64,000 nucleotides of DNA from Citrobacter freundii. Lineage in GTDB: Bacteria > Bacteroidota > Bacteroidia > Chitinophagales > Chitinophagaceae. The position numbers and the translations under genes were made by a program. The stretch's first letter is position 1, and each line of letters begins with the position of its first letter. The DNA lies in the NCBI GenBank assembly GCA_003243445.1, contig QFQQ01000018.1, forward strand, positions 24,556-88,555. The letters run 5' to 3'. Shown here one piece after another: positions 10,482 through 20,770 of this stretch. Under the pieces are notes generated by a model, which was given only the letters and a program-made list of their open reading frames with translations, was not told the origin of the DNA and did not search any database.

Positions 10482-11414
10482 TCAATTCTGCATATATAAT
10501 AATGTCTGATACATTCCGGGCGTAATACCTTCAGATTTTTTGAATAATCGAACAAAGTAATTTACGTCGGTAAAGCCACATTGCATGCTGACGGAGCTTA
10601 CGTTGTTGCGCTTGTCTGCAAGCAATTGCTTCGCGAGTTTTATTCTTTCCCTATTGATATAATCAAGTGGTGTAACGCCAAATTGTTCTTTGAACCATTT
10701 GAAGAACATATTACGGCTGAGGTAGGCCTTACGGCTTAAAGCATCAACGGCAATTTTTTCTGTAAGATGTTCGTGTATATAATGTAAAACAAAATGCAAC
10801 CGGCTTTGATTGGTATTGTCTGCGCTTTCGATGGCTACCTGTTGCAGATGCTGGCTTTGCACCAGGCGGATCAGTAGTTCCTTAAGATTAAGATCTGCAA
10901 AGATATTCTTTCCTTTATCAGCGCTGCTGCAGACACGGATCAGCTTGTTGATGAGATCTGTAACTTCTGTGTCGTTGGCAAAATGATACTGGTTGAATTG
11001 CAGTTGCCAGTTTCTCTCTTCGTTTGGGTCGCTGTTATAGTATGTATTTAAATATTGCAGGGTATTATTAACATACGCTGCATCTACTGCGAGTGCAATA
11101 CATTGTGTGGGTTTATCCATCTGAGCTTCCGGAAAATCGATCACCATTGTTTGATTGGCAGGAACAATCACGGTTTCACCGGGCAGATACTCAAAAGAGG
11201 GCTGATCAAACAAGTGCATCACTTTTTTGCCCCGGACCATACTCGTGATCACGAATTCATTAAAGGTCAGCGGTACGCGGTATGTTTCCTGGTAGCTTTC
11301 AAAAACGTTAAGTTCGCAATTGTCGAGATTGAATACACGCCTGTTTTCAACCAATGTTTGCAAATACTTTGGTTGCGTAAGATCAACGGGATGGAGGTAA
11401 TTTTTAGGTGGCAT
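10482..11414 (-). CDS. AraC-family transcriptional regulator
   Basis: The C-terminus has the dual HTH (FGVTPLDYINRERIKLAKQLL ... GFTDVNYFVRLFKK). It is divergent from the aldehyde dehydrogenase. Confidence 0.85.
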   Translation of the reverse strand: MPPKNYLHPVDLTQPKYLQTLVENRRVFNLDNCELNVFESYQETYRVPLTFNEFVITSMVRGKKVMHLFDQPSFEYLPGETVIVPANQTMVIDFPEAQMDKPTQCIALAVDAAYVNNTLQYLNTYYNSDPNEERNWQLQFNQYHFANDTEVTDLINKLIRVCSSADKGKNIFADLNLKELLIRLVQSQHLQQVAIESADNTNQSRLHFVLHYIHEHLTEKIAVDALSRKAYLSRNMFFKWFKEQFGVTPLDYINRERIKLAKQLLADKRNNVSSVSMQCGFTDVNYFVRLFKKSEGITPGMYQTLLYMQN

Positions 11415-11561
11415 AGACGGTACGATTTAGCGTGATCAAGGTAGGCCATTTTTTTAACCTGCATAAATTCCGGGTACGATCGTGCTAGAGGAAAGTACAA
11501 AAGTGTCGGGGTTTTAGTGATTTAAATAAGAAGTTAGATGATTCTTTCACGATAAAACAGC

Positions 11562-13100
11562 TTGTATATGAGTACATCTACAGCCGCTGCTCCAAAATCC
11601 ACGGTGGCAGCACGTCCGAAATTTAAAGACAGGTATGATCATTTTATTGGCGGTGAATGGGTTGCTCCATCCAGCGGGGAGTATTTTGACAACATCTCGC
11701 CGGTTGATGGCAAAGTATTTACGCAAGCCGCGAGAGGTAATGCAAAAGATGTTGAGAAAGCCATAGATGCGGCGCATAAAGCATTCAAAACATGGGGGAA
11801 AACGGGTGCAGCTTACCGCAGCAACCTGTTGCTGAAGATCGCGCAGATCGTAGAGGATAATCTTGATTATCTCGCTACTGTTGAAACGATCGATAATGGT
11901 AAGGCGATACGGGAGAGCCGTGCTGCGGATCTTCCATTGGTGATCGATCATTTCCGTTATTTCGCCGGCGTGATCCGCAGTGAAGAAGGTACGATCAGTG
12001 AGCATGATGAAAACACAGTGAGTATAAATCTTCATGAACCGATCGGCGTAGTCGGCCAGATCATTCCATGGAATTTTCCATTGCTGATGGCGACATGGAA
12101 GATCGCACCTGCATTGGCTGCAGGCTGCACAGTGGTAGTTAAACCGGCTGAGCAAACACCTACAAGTATAATGGTGCTGATGGAACTGATCGGTGATGTG
12201 CTTCCGGCAGGCGTGTTGAATGTGGTGACTGGTTTTGGTGTTGAAGCGGGTAAGCCACTTGCATCCTCCCCGAGAATAAATAAGGTTGCATTTACGGGGG
12301 AGACAACCACCGGCCGTTTGATCATGCAGTATGCATCCGAAAATCTTATCCCTGTAACGATGGAGTTGGGTGGTAAGAGCCCAAACATTTTCCTTGAAAG
12401 TGTAGCGGATGAAGACGATGCGTTTTTTGATAAGGCAGTTGAAGGTGCGGTGATGTTTGCATTGAATAGCGGCGAGATTTGTACATGTCCCAGCCGTATG
12501 CTTGTGCATGAAAAGATCTATGATAAGTTTATGGATCGTGTGGTGCAAAGAACGAAAGCGATCAAGCTCGGTAATCCCCTTGATTCAACCGTGATGATGG
12601 GAGCGCAGGCTTCCGAAGATCAGTATAATAAAATACTGAGTTACCTGGATATTGGTAAGCAGGAAGGAGCACAGGTGCTGGCTGGTGGTGAAGCGTTCCA
12701 TCAGAACTCAGGACTGGAGCATGGATTTTATATCAGGCCAACGATCTTCAAAGGCAATAATAAAATGCGCATTTTCCAGGAAGAGATCTTTGGGCCGGTA
12801 GTGTCTGTTACTACATTCAAAACAACGGAAGAGGCGATTGCGATCGCGAACGATACATTATATGGTCTCGGTGCTGGTGTGTGGACACGGGATGCACATG
12901 AGATGTACCAGGTGCCACGTGCAATTGAAGCAGGAAGGGTTTGGGTAAATAATTATCATGCATATCCCGCGCATGCTCCGTTCGGTGGATATAAAAAATC
13001 AGGTTTTGGCCGTGAAACGCATAAGATGATGCTGAATCACTACAGGCAGACAAAGAACATGCTGATCTCTTATGGCAAAGAGAAGCTTGGGTTCTTTTAG
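11562..13100 (+). CDS. NAD(P)-dependent aldehyde dehydrogenase (acetaldehyde/ExaC-like)
   Basis: ELGGKSP and [14 protein letters not shown] catalytic Glu/Cys motifs. 512 aa. Confidence 0.85.
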   Translation: MYMSTSTAAAPKSTVAARPKFKDRYDHFIGGEWVAPSSGEYFDNISPVDGKVFTQAARGNAKDVEKAIDAAHKAFKTWGKTGAAYRSNLLLKIAQIVEDNLDYLATVETIDNGKAIRESRAADLPLVIDHFRYFAGVIRSEEGTISEHDENTVSINLHEPIGVVGQIIPWNFPLLMATWKIAPALAAGCTVVVKPAEQTPTSIMVLMELIGDVLPAGVLNVVTGFGVEAGKPLASSPRINKVAFTGETTTGRLIMQYASENLIPVTMELGGKSPNIFLESVADEDDAFFDKAVEGAVMFALNSGEICTCPSRMLVHEKIYDKFMDRVVQRTKAIKLGNPLDSTVMMGAQASEDQYNKILSYLDIGKQEGAQVLAGGEAFHQNSGLEHGFYIRPTIFKGNNKMRIFQEEIFGPVVSVTTFKTTEEAIAIANDTLYGLGAGVWTRDAHEMYQVPRAIEAGRVWVNNYHAYPAHAPFGGYKKSGFGRETHKMMLNHYRQTKNMLISYGKEKLGFF

Positions 13101-13102
13101 TG

Positions 13103-13134
13103 CGATGTTTGATGATCGATGTTTGATGGTCGAA
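13103..13134. repeat. Short dispersed repeat family Y (GATGTTYGATG...CGATGGTCGA), copy 1
   Basis: GCGATGTTTGATGATCGATGTTTGATGGTCGAAT lies immediately after the aldH stop. A second copy is at 35959-35990, just after the rtcB stop. Confidence 0.4.
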
Positions 13135-13217
13135 TAAAATCCTCTATACGGGAAATTCTTTCGGCCATCCACCATCCAACATCGAATATCGATTTTCTAG
13201 TTTGGCAAGTCAGGATA

Positions 13218-13247
13218 AACGGTGGCGAAAGCCACTGTTTTCCTTTT
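13218..13247 (+). terminator. Hairpin AACGGTGGC-GAAA-GCCACTGTT (GNRA loop) plus U-tract between aldH and the DUF779 gene; terminator or attenuator
   Basis: Read directly from the sequence. Confidence 0.45.
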
Positions 13248-13275
13248 GCCGTTTCCCGATCTTTAAAATGATTTT

Positions 13276-13650
13276 ATGATACGACGTGTGATAGCTACGG
13301 AAAAAGCGCTGGATCTGATTGCGCGTTTGAAAGCAACGCATGGCAATCTGATGTTCCATCAAAGCGGCGGCTGTTGCGATGGCAGCCAGCCAATGTGTTT
13401 CGCCGAAGGAGAGTTCAGGATTGGTGGAAGTGATGTTTGTCTTGGTGAAGTGGCAGGTTGCCGTTTTTATATGAATGCAGATCAGTTTGAATACTGGAAG
13501 CATACGCAATTGATACTGGATGTAACACCGGGAAGAGGGAGTAGTTTTTCGCTGGAGATCCCTTTAGGTGTGCGATTTTATATACAATCGAAGGTTTTTA
13601 GTGATGAGGAGTTGACGCAACTGGAACCGTTGAAGCCGGTGGAGGTTTGA
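13276..13650 (+). CDS. DUF779 domain protein
   Basis: HQSGGCCDG motif. This family is characteristically next to aldehyde dehydrogenase genes. Confidence 0.75.
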   Translation: MIRRVIATEKALDLIARLKATHGNLMFHQSGGCCDGSQPMCFAEGEFRIGGSDVCLGEVAGCRFYMNADQFEYWKHTQLILDVTPGRGSSFSLEIPLGVRFYIQSKVFSDEELTQLEPLKPVEV

Positions 13651-14515
13651 GTGAATTGTACCTGTGGGATGTTTCGGGGTGAGCGTATGTGATCGTGGAC
13701 TGTAATAGAATTTCAGCGATCATGGTAGCCGATCTTTGGGCTATGATGTTTTCCATCGGAGTCTTTTAAATCCGCGCTGACGCATACCAGCACCCTTAGC
13801 CGGTCACTGCTGCCGGTCGCAGCTTTGCTGCGCTATTTGTTGTGTATTACATGTTCTGCCTGCCCCGGGCCTGGGGGAAATTTTTGGCCTCTCCTTTCTC
13901 TTTGGAGAGCGGATGAAGTGGTGTGTTGGAAGTTTATCCTGTAAAATATCGCGTTATTGAGTGCTTGACATTTTCAACACTTAAATCAACACTGTAAATC
14001 CAATCAGCCTGATCAATTCAAATTTCTTTGAATTTTCAATGACCCGGATTGAATTATCCATCCTTTGAAGTTGTATCTCAACTTCTATTTGTTGTTGTAT
14101 GTTTTTGTTTTTTCTTATCTCATAGTTCATATTTTGTCATTTTAGTTGTAATACCAGGATTTTTGGCCGTTCGGCCAATAATAAAAAAGCACCGTCCTCT
14201 TGAAGGACCTGCCCGACGCCCTGGCCCTCCAAGAGGACGGCGACTAAAAAAGCTTCTCTGATATAAAGATATCAACCGAACGGTGCCTGCACCAAGGGTA
14301 AAACACAAAATCTCATCAGAAAAAAACGGTGAAATTCCGATGAAAAACTCATGGATCTTTTTGAGTTTTGGGACAATTTTGATCTTGGCAATGGCCTTAT
14401 ATTTCAGCTGATCAAATAGGCAGTTCTTTTTCAGGAACACAATTGACCTGAATCTGGCCAACCTGTGTTGTATCCGGGCTTTTTTGGCATAACTATTTCA
14501 TGACAATGAAAAAAC

Positions 14516-15013
14516 ATGACTATGCAAATCCGCAAACTGTGGCTCGGTGCAGCAATATGTTCATTATTCGCCTGTAACAATCCAGGGGAGAAGATCAGCG
14601 ATGCCGGTTCCACAAGTGACACAATACCAGGCTCTTCCTCTTCTACTACCGCATTAGATACTACACTTGCTGGTTGTTATACCTCCGTATTTAACAAGGA
14701 TACATCCGCTTTGCAGATCGAAACCAAAGGTGCTGTGATAGCCGGTCCGCTGAGTTATAATCTGTTTGAAAAAGACCGGAATGATGGCAACTTTCAGGGG
14801 GAAGTGCAAAACAATATTCTAACGGGATGGTATCTTTTTAAATCGGAGGGCGTGATGTCTGTCCGCCAGGTTGCATGGAAGATCAAAGGTTCTGCTCTTT
14901 GGCCGGGCTTTGGCGATGTAGTCCAGCATGGTGATACCACGTTATTTAAAAGCCTGGACCAGCTCAGGTTCGATTCTACCAGGCCTTTTACCAAGGTACC
15001 CTGTACTCTTTGA
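14516..15013 (+). CDS. Hypothetical lipoprotein
   Basis: Signal peptide plus lipobox LFAC. Confidence 0.55.
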   Translation: MTMQIRKLWLGAAICSLFACNNPGEKISDAGSTSDTIPGSSSSTTALDTTLAGCYTSVFNKDTSALQIETKGAVIAGPLSYNLFEKDRNDGNFQGEVQNNILTGWYLFKSEGVMSVRQVAWKIKGSALWPGFGDVVQHGDTTLFKSLDQLRFDSTRPFTKVPCTL

Positions 15014-15101
15014 AGAGTTGGGTATTTAAAGCATAAGCAGAACCAGCAGGAAATTGCTTATCTGATTTTTTCGCTTAGTTTAGTCTTTCAATTTTTAGAA
15101 C

Positions 15102-16037
15102 ATGGAATTTGGCAGAGTGCCCGAAGATGAACTGAAGAAGGTTGATTTTAGTTTACCGTCGGAACCTTCTTTTAATAAAAAGAGTTTAAAAGGGAAGCCA
15201 TTGAAACATCCGAAAGTTTATTTCGGTTGTGCTAAATGGGGGCGTACCGAGTGGGTGGGAAAGATCTATCCGCTTAAAACGAAAGAGAAAGATTTCCTCC
15301 AGCATTATGTTGAACATTACAATTCAATCGAATTGAATGCCACGCATTATAAAATTTACGGAGAAGCTGGAATCGGCAAATGGGCGGAGAAAGCAAAAGG
15401 AAAGGATTTTTTGTTCTGCCCAAAAATGTACCAGGGAGTGACGCACCGGGGTAGTCTTAAAGGAAAGGATTTTATCGTCAATGAATTCTTTCGTGGAATT
15501 GTTGCATTTAAGGAGCATTTAGGTCCCATATTCGTTCAGGTGAGTGATACATTTTCTCCGAAAAGGAAGGATGAATTATTTGACTTTTTAAAGACACTTC
15601 CTAAGGATCTCCAGTTTTTTCTGGAAGTGAGACATCCTGATTGGTTTGCAAAACCGGATATTCAGAAAGAAATGTTTGAAACACTTGCTGCACTGAATAT
15701 CGGTGCAGTGATAACAGATACAGCAGGACGGAGGGATTGTGCACATATGCATTTGACCATGCCAAAAACTTTTATCCGTTATGTTGGAAATAGCCTTCAC
15801 CCCACGGACTATACACGTATAGACGCATGGGTAAAGCGAATGAAATACTGGCTGGATCATGGGTTGAAGGAGCTATACTTTTTTATGCATATGCATGACG
15901 AAGCCACTTCTCCCGAACTGACCGTTTATCTGGTAGACAAAATGAATAAGGAGTGCGGGTTGGATCTTATCAAGCCAACTTTCCTGGATAAATCATTATT
16001 GAAAAAGCCGGCAAAGCAAAAAGGATTGTTTGATTGA
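15102..16037 (+). CDS. DUF72 (YecE-like) protein
   Basis: Pattern YFGCAKWGRTEW...ELNATHY...DFLFCPKMYQGVTH, which matches the DUF72 family. Confidence 0.7.
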   Translation: MEFGRVPEDELKKVDFSLPSEPSFNKKSLKGKPLKHPKVYFGCAKWGRTEWVGKIYPLKTKEKDFLQHYVEHYNSIELNATHYKIYGEAGIGKWAEKAKGKDFLFCPKMYQGVTHRGSLKGKDFIVNEFFRGIVAFKEHLGPIFVQVSDTFSPKRKDELFDFLKTLPKDLQFFLEVRHPDWFAKPDIQKEMFETLAALNIGAVITDTAGRRDCAHMHLTMPKTFIRYVGNSLHPTDYTRIDAWVKRMKYWLDHGLKELYFFMHMHDEATSPELTVYLVDKMNKECGLDLIKPTFLDKSLLKKPAKQKGLFD

Positions 16038-16080
16038 TCTGCCATAGCGTGCGAGGCAAACGAACAGAGCTGCGATTAAT

Positions 16081-17358
16081 TCATCGCACTTCAAACAACT
16101 CATCCCATCGTGTCGTATATCTTCCGCTTCTCAACTCCTGACGCATTTTCCAGTCGCGCGTTGTCCCTGAAGAGGCGAATTTCAATACGTCATCCCGCTG
16201 GCTAAAGTTGATATTGTCTATCATGCTCATCAATTGACGCTGTGTATTCCGGTTGGCGGTATCAAAAAGATTTCCCTGTACAGAGTCATCCGGTACAAGA
16301 CCGCTGAGCATCACACCGGCTTTCTTGTACGTATTTCCTGGTTTGTAAAGATGATCAACAAGCTCAAGCGCAGGTTTGATCAATTCCTGCGTGATGGAAG
16401 TTGCAACCGGTAATGTGGTATGATCGCTGATACTGTCTTCCCGCCAGTCGAGCAGATGATCCTGTCCTTTTCCCACAATAAAAACACTCACCACTTTTGC
16501 AGCACTATATTGACGCCGGAGCTTTTCCGCAGCCCGCGATGTGTATGTTGCAACCGCTTCTTTTATATCATCAATATTATCTACCGGGCTGCCAAACATC
16601 CGGGTTGTAGCGATCATCTTTTTATCGACGAGTTCCTTCTTCATATCGACCGAGGGTTCTCCTCGTAATTCCCGGATCAGGCGGACACCAATAACCCCTC
16701 CCAGGTTCGCGTGAGCCCATTCTTCCCGCATCGTGGCAAGCTCCCATGCGCTGGTCATACCAAGATTGAACAGTTTCGCGGCATTAGCTCTGCCAACGCC
16801 CCATATATTACTTAAACGGGTTTGTTGCAACGCTTCCTTCTGCTGCTCCCTGGTAACGAGAATAGTAACACATCCTGTCACCCTTTTATTTTTCTTGGCA
16901 ATATGGTTGGCCAGTTTCGCAAGTGTTTTGGTTGGAGCTACACCTATGGACACAGATATGCCTGTCCACTGTTCAACAGTTTCCTTCATCTGTCGCGCAA
17001 CAATTTCGTATTCTTCCAGCGGCATATCGGGAAGATCGACAAAGGCTTCATCGACCGAATAAACTTCGACCTTCTCCCGGCCTGCAATTGCTCGGAGTGT
17101 ATCCATTACCCGCATACTGAGATCGCCGTACAAATTGTAATTGGAAGAAAATACCGCCACATCATGTTTTTCGATCAGATGCCGCGCCTGAAAATAGGGA
17201 CCAGCCATTTCTACACCAATAGCTTTTGCTTCATCACTTCTGGATACAATACATCCATCATTATTGCTCAATACAACCACCGGGCGCTTCTCAAGTCTCG
17301 GCTTAAATAAACGCTCGCAGGAACAATAAAAACTATTACAGTCAACGATTGCCTTCAT
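16081..17358 (-). CDS. umuC: Y-family translesion DNA polymerase (UmuC, Pol V catalytic subunit)
   Basis: N-terminal MKAIVDCNSFYCSCERLF...VVVLSNNDGC, typical of UmuC/DinB. Confidence 0.85.
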   Translation of the reverse strand: MKAIVDCNSFYCSCERLFKPRLEKRPVVVLSNNDGCIVSRSDEAKAIGVEMAGPYFQARHLIEKHDVAVFSSNYNLYGDLSMRVMDTLRAIAGREKVEVYSVDEAFVDLPDMPLEEYEIVARQMKETVEQWTGISVSIGVAPTKTLAKLANHIAKKNKRVTGCVTILVTREQQKEALQQTRLSNIWGVGRANAAKLFNLGMTSAWELATMREEWAHANLGGVIGVRLIRELRGEPSVDMKKELVDKKMIATTRMFGSPVDNIDDIKEAVATYTSRAAEKLRRQYSAAKVVSVFIVGKGQDHLLDWREDSISDHTTLPVATSITQELIKPALELVDHLYKPGNTYKKAGVMLSGLVPDDSVQGNLFDTANRNTQRQLMSMIDNINFSQRDDVLKFASSGTTRDWKMRQELRSGRYTTRWDELFEVR

Positions 17359-17360
17359 AG

Positions 17361-17849
17361 CTACCAGTTTGAAGATCGTGTATCTTTTTTCCGGTTATCC
17401 AGATATGCCTGAAGCAGCGGGTCCACCACATGCACCACGCAGGTAACGACGCCCCATGGAGTATAGGTGTTGAACTCTCCGATCTCTATCGGCTTATACT
17501 TCTTATTCTCCGGCGACAGGATCACCCGGTTGAATGTTTGCTGATACCGGCGCACAAGCAATTCCCCGTCAACCGCGGCAACAATGATCTTTCCGTTGGC
17601 GGGTTTTATACTGCGGTCAATGATCAATACGTCTTCATCCTGAAAACCGGCGTCAATCATTGCATCACCACGCATGCGGAAAAAAAATGTCGCCGGTTTA
17701 TTGATGATCAATTGTTCATTGAGGTCAATACCCCTCTCCATATAATCGTCCGCCGCTGCGCCAAAACCCGTCGCATTTGCAGTTCTTATCTGCTGTTGCG
17801 AAAACTGCTTTGAACCTTTATAGGCCGCTCCATAAAATTCTTCTTCCAT
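17361..17849 (-). CDS. umuD: UmuD-like S24 peptidase (LexA-type autoprotease domain, no HTH)
   Basis: Ser/Lys dyad context GDAMIDAG...; 162 aa. It is 3 bp upstream of umuC. Confidence 0.8.
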   Translation of the reverse strand: MEEEFYGAAYKGSKQFSQQQIRTANATGFGAAADDYMERGIDLNEQLIINKPATFFFRMRGDAMIDAGFQDEDVLIIDRSIKPANGKIIVAAVDGELLVRRYQQTFNRVILSPENKKYKPIEIGEFNTYTPWGVVTCVVHVVDPLLQAYLDNRKKDTRSSNW

Positions 17850-17969
17850 AATCCAAACAATTAAAAAACAAGGTGCTCGATCAGTTGAAAAATAAAGTTA
17901 GCAAAATTAATTTTAAAAACTAAATTATTTAGTAAGTTTATGCTAAGAAAATGATCAAAGGAGGATGTT

Positions 17970-18596
17970 ATGACACAAGGATTAGTCAGAGAACCCAAAA
18001 CTGCTTTTACCTGGTTTGAAGGAACTGAGCCTGGTATTGCTGTTCCAACCGCAAAGGATGAATTCGAATATATGCTCGTTGTTCACCCTGATATGGAGGT
18101 TTACAGTAAAGTGCTGGCGGAAAGGCAGGCTTTTAATGAGCGCTATAAGAGCAAGCACAGTATAAAATCCAGGCCACATATAGCTATTGCCAATTTTGTG
18201 GCAAGGGAATCAATGGAGGAAACATTGATCCGTTGGATACATCGGGTCTGCAGTAGTCAAAAAAGCTTCACCGTTACTCTTAATAATTATAGCGGGGTGC
18301 CACCGCATACTATTTATTTAAGAGTACAGGATCATCTTCCATTCAATTTGCTTGCGCAGAAATTACTGGTGATCAATGAATATATCCAGTCGAATGGCTG
18401 TCCTTCGGTAAGGTGGTCAGGTCGGCCTCATTTAAGCCTTTCAGGGCATCTGAATGAAGATGTGTATGAAACCGCAATGCGGGATTATTCGCAACGGATG
18501 TTCTGCGAAACTTTTATTGCCAGCGAGCTTGCACTGTTGCGGAAAACAGCGGGCGACTCCTGGAAGATCGTTAACATTTTCGGATTGGTACCATAA
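17970..18596 (+). CDS. 2H phosphoesterase superfamily protein (LigT/2'-5' RNA ligase-like), paralog 1 with degenerate first H-x-T/S motif
   Basis: Motifs PHIAIA (H-x-A) and PHLSLSG (H-x-S). Confidence 0.6.
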   Translation: MTQGLVREPKTAFTWFEGTEPGIAVPTAKDEFEYMLVVHPDMEVYSKVLAERQAFNERYKSKHSIKSRPHIAIANFVARESMEETLIRWIHRVCSSQKSFTVTLNNYSGVPPHTIYLRVQDHLPFNLLAQKLLVINEYIQSNGCPSVRWSGRPHLSLSGHLNEDVYETAMRDYSQRMFCETFIASELALLRKTAGDSWKIVNIFGLVP

Positions 18597-18620
18597 ATAA
18601 AGGACATTAAATTATCAGCC

Positions 18621-19232
18621 ATGCAACCGGATGTAAAAACTTTAGCAGGTTATCGCAGCAGCGAATATTTACTTGTATTGAATCCTCATGAGGAATTGCG
18701 GGATCGGATCGGAAAAGTGAAACAGGAATTTTCTGAGGCGTTCAACGCACCACAGGCTGTATGGAGCAAACCGCATCTGACACTGGCGCGTTTTACACAG
18801 CTCGATATGATGGAGGAACGGATACTGAACAGATTGAAAGTAGTTGCAATGGCCCAATATCCGTTCAAAGTAGAGCTTAAGAATTTCGGAAGTTTTCCAA
18901 CGCACAGTATCTATATCGCAGTGACGACGAAAGAGCCGGTGCGTGACCTGGTAAAACAGATCAAGCCATGGCAGCGTTTGCTGAAACTGGACAAAGAACA
19001 TAAGCCACATTTTATAGATGAGCCTCATCTTACTATTGCCCGCAAATTACAGCCCTGGCAATACGAAAAAGGATGGCTTGAATACAGTCAGAAACATTTT
19101 ACCGGCCGCTTTATTGCCGATGGAATGATCTTATTAAAAAGAAGAGAAGGAGAAAAAGCTTATCATATACTTCGAAGGTTTGAATTTCAAAACCTTCCTG
19201 TCAACACAAAACAAGGTGTCTTGTTTAGCTGA
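18621..19232 (+). CDS. 2H phosphoesterase superfamily protein (LigT-like), paralog 2 with both H-x-T motifs
   Basis: PHLTLA and PHLTIA. Confidence 0.65.
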   Translation: MQPDVKTLAGYRSSEYLLVLNPHEELRDRIGKVKQEFSEAFNAPQAVWSKPHLTLARFTQLDMMEERILNRLKVVAMAQYPFKVELKNFGSFPTHSIYIAVTTKEPVRDLVKQIKPWQRLLKLDKEHKPHFIDEPHLTIARKLQPWQYEKGWLEYSQKHFTGRFIADGMILLKRREGEKAYHILRRFEFQNLPVNTKQGVLFS

Positions 19233-19513
19233 GAGAATAAAGGGAAGATGGATCAGATCGGTTCCTCGGGTAACGGCTTTGCTTGAATCCTTCCGTTGAC
19301 CGGAATCAGGTCATTTCATTTTCCTGTCTCTTGGTTAATTGTCCCGGTGTATTAAAATCCATTGGCATTTATGTCAATAGGATAATATGTCTTCTTTTTT
19401 TTAAAAAGAAAGAAGATTATGCTGACTTTTTTCAAAAACTATTACGGCAAGAATTATCTGTTATGCAGTTGATATGCATTACAGGATTCAACTGCTTTAA
19501 ATTTAAAGAAATG

Positions 19514-20602
19514 GATCCCTATAAATTCAAACCCAAAAACAAAGAAGAGCCCGATCAATACCACCAGGGCAGGGGCGCTCAGATCAATACAAAAAATCGC
19601 TTTCTGAAAGATGAACTAACAAGGGAACATATAGAAGGTATTGACGATTGGTCGGAAGATAATACGCCGACACAATACATAGAACAGCTTTCGAAAACGA
19701 TCGTAAATAAAGTAGATAGTCCCGATGTTGGGATGGCCTACAGCATGAACGCATATGCAGGATGTGAGCATGGATGCATTTATTGTTATGCCAGAAATGT
19801 CCATGAATACTGGGGGTACAGCGCAGGTCTTGATTTTGAGCGGAAGATCATTGTTAAAAAGAATGCACCTGAATTGTTGCGGAAGCAGCTGATGCACCCG
19901 AAATGGGAAGTTATGCCGATCATGCTGAGTGGTAATACAGACTGTTATCAGCCGGCTGAGCAAAAATACCGGCTTACCCGTGGATTGCTTCAGGTGTGTA
20001 ATGAGTTCAATCAGCCGGTTGGCATCCTTACCAAGAATTCCTGGATCTTGAAAGATAAAGATGTTCTTCAGGAAATGGCAAAAAAACGGCTGGTCTCGGC
20101 GATGGTATCTATCACTTCTTTTAATGAAGATCTGCGGCGGGTGATGGAACCAAGAACAACTACGGCCAAACAGCGGTTAAAGGTGATCGAAGAGCTGAGC
20201 ACAGCCGGCGTGCGCATGGGGGTGATGTTGGGCCCTATGATACCGGGACTTAATGATCATGAGATGCAACAGATCATGAAAGCCGCAGCTGATGTCGGAG
20301 CGAAATTTACAGCGTACACATTTATCCGTCTCAATGGAGCGATCAAACTATTGTTTCATGATTGGCTGTATAAGAATTTTCCTGACAGGGCGGATAAAGT
20401 ATGGCATCTGATCGAACAATCCCACGACGGAAAAGTAAATGACACAAGATGGGGGCTGAGAATGAGAGGAGAAGGAAGCATTGCAGAGATCATTCAACAG
20501 CAGTACAGGAAATACGGAAAGTTGTATAAGTTGAACGAAGACAGGTATGCATTGGATACAACTATTTTCAGAAGACCGGGAGAACAAGGTCGATTGTTTT
20601 AA
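19514..20602 (+). CDS. Radical SAM protein, SplB-like (COG1533, DNA-repair-photolyase-like), CxxxCxxC
   Basis: AGCEHGCIYCYARN cluster. The start was chosen at MDPYKF; the ORF extends upstream to 19283. Confidence 0.7.
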   Translation, partial: DPYKFKPKNKEEPDQYHQGRGAQINTKNRFLKDELTREHIEGIDDWSEDNTPTQYIEQLSKTIVNKVDSPDVGMAYSMNAYAGCEHGCIYCYARNVHEYWGYSAGLDFERKIIVKKNAPELLRKQLMHPKWEVMPIMLSGNTDCYQPAEQKYRLTRGLLQVCNEFNQPVGILTKNSWILKDKDVLQEMAKKRLVSAMVSITSFNEDLRRVMEPRTTTAKQRLKVIEELSTAGVRMGVMLGPMIPGLNDHEMQQIMKAAADVGAKFTAYTFIRLNGAIKLLFHDWLYKNFPDRADKVWHLIEQSHDGKVNDTRWGLRMRGEGSIAEIIQQQYRKYGKLYKLNEDRYALDTTIFRRPGEQGRLF

Positions 20603-20648
20603 TAAATGACAAGACCCAAAACGATAGGGTTTAGTTCTCCAAAAAAAT

Positions 20649-20683
20649 GTTGACGTTTTTTAACGTCAACAAATTGTTTTTTT
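20649..20683 (+). terminator. Perfect 22-bp palindrome GTTGACGTTTTTTAACGTCAAC plus T-run; terminator or operator
   Basis: Read directly from the sequence. It is downstream of the radical SAM stop at 20602. Confidence 0.5.
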
Positions 20684-20770
20684 CCGTTGGATCAGGCTGG
20701 TGTACGGTTCTATATTTAAATCCTGAATGGACAGTGTAATTGGTAAACAACCGGGATTTAAATATTATTT

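Noticed and set aside
11547-12548. 333-aa Cys/His-rich minus-strand ORF
   Set aside because: It is antisense to the aldehyde dehydrogenase. The Cys/His richness comes from reverse-reading GC-rich codons.
14049-14261. 70-aa ORF (Pro/Arg-rich tail) in the long intergenic region
   Set aside because: It has no start context and a low-complexity product, and it overlaps a hairpin-rich region. It is likely noncoding.
16822-17310. 162-aa + ORF with Cys/His pattern
   Set aside because: It is antisense to umuC.
17850-17969. Canonical LexA box (CTGT-N8-ACAG or GAAC-N4-GTTC) in the umuD promoter
   Set aside because: Neither the gamma-proteobacterial nor the Gram-positive consensus is present. Only AT-rich palindromes of uncertain significance were found, noted under the cluster finding.
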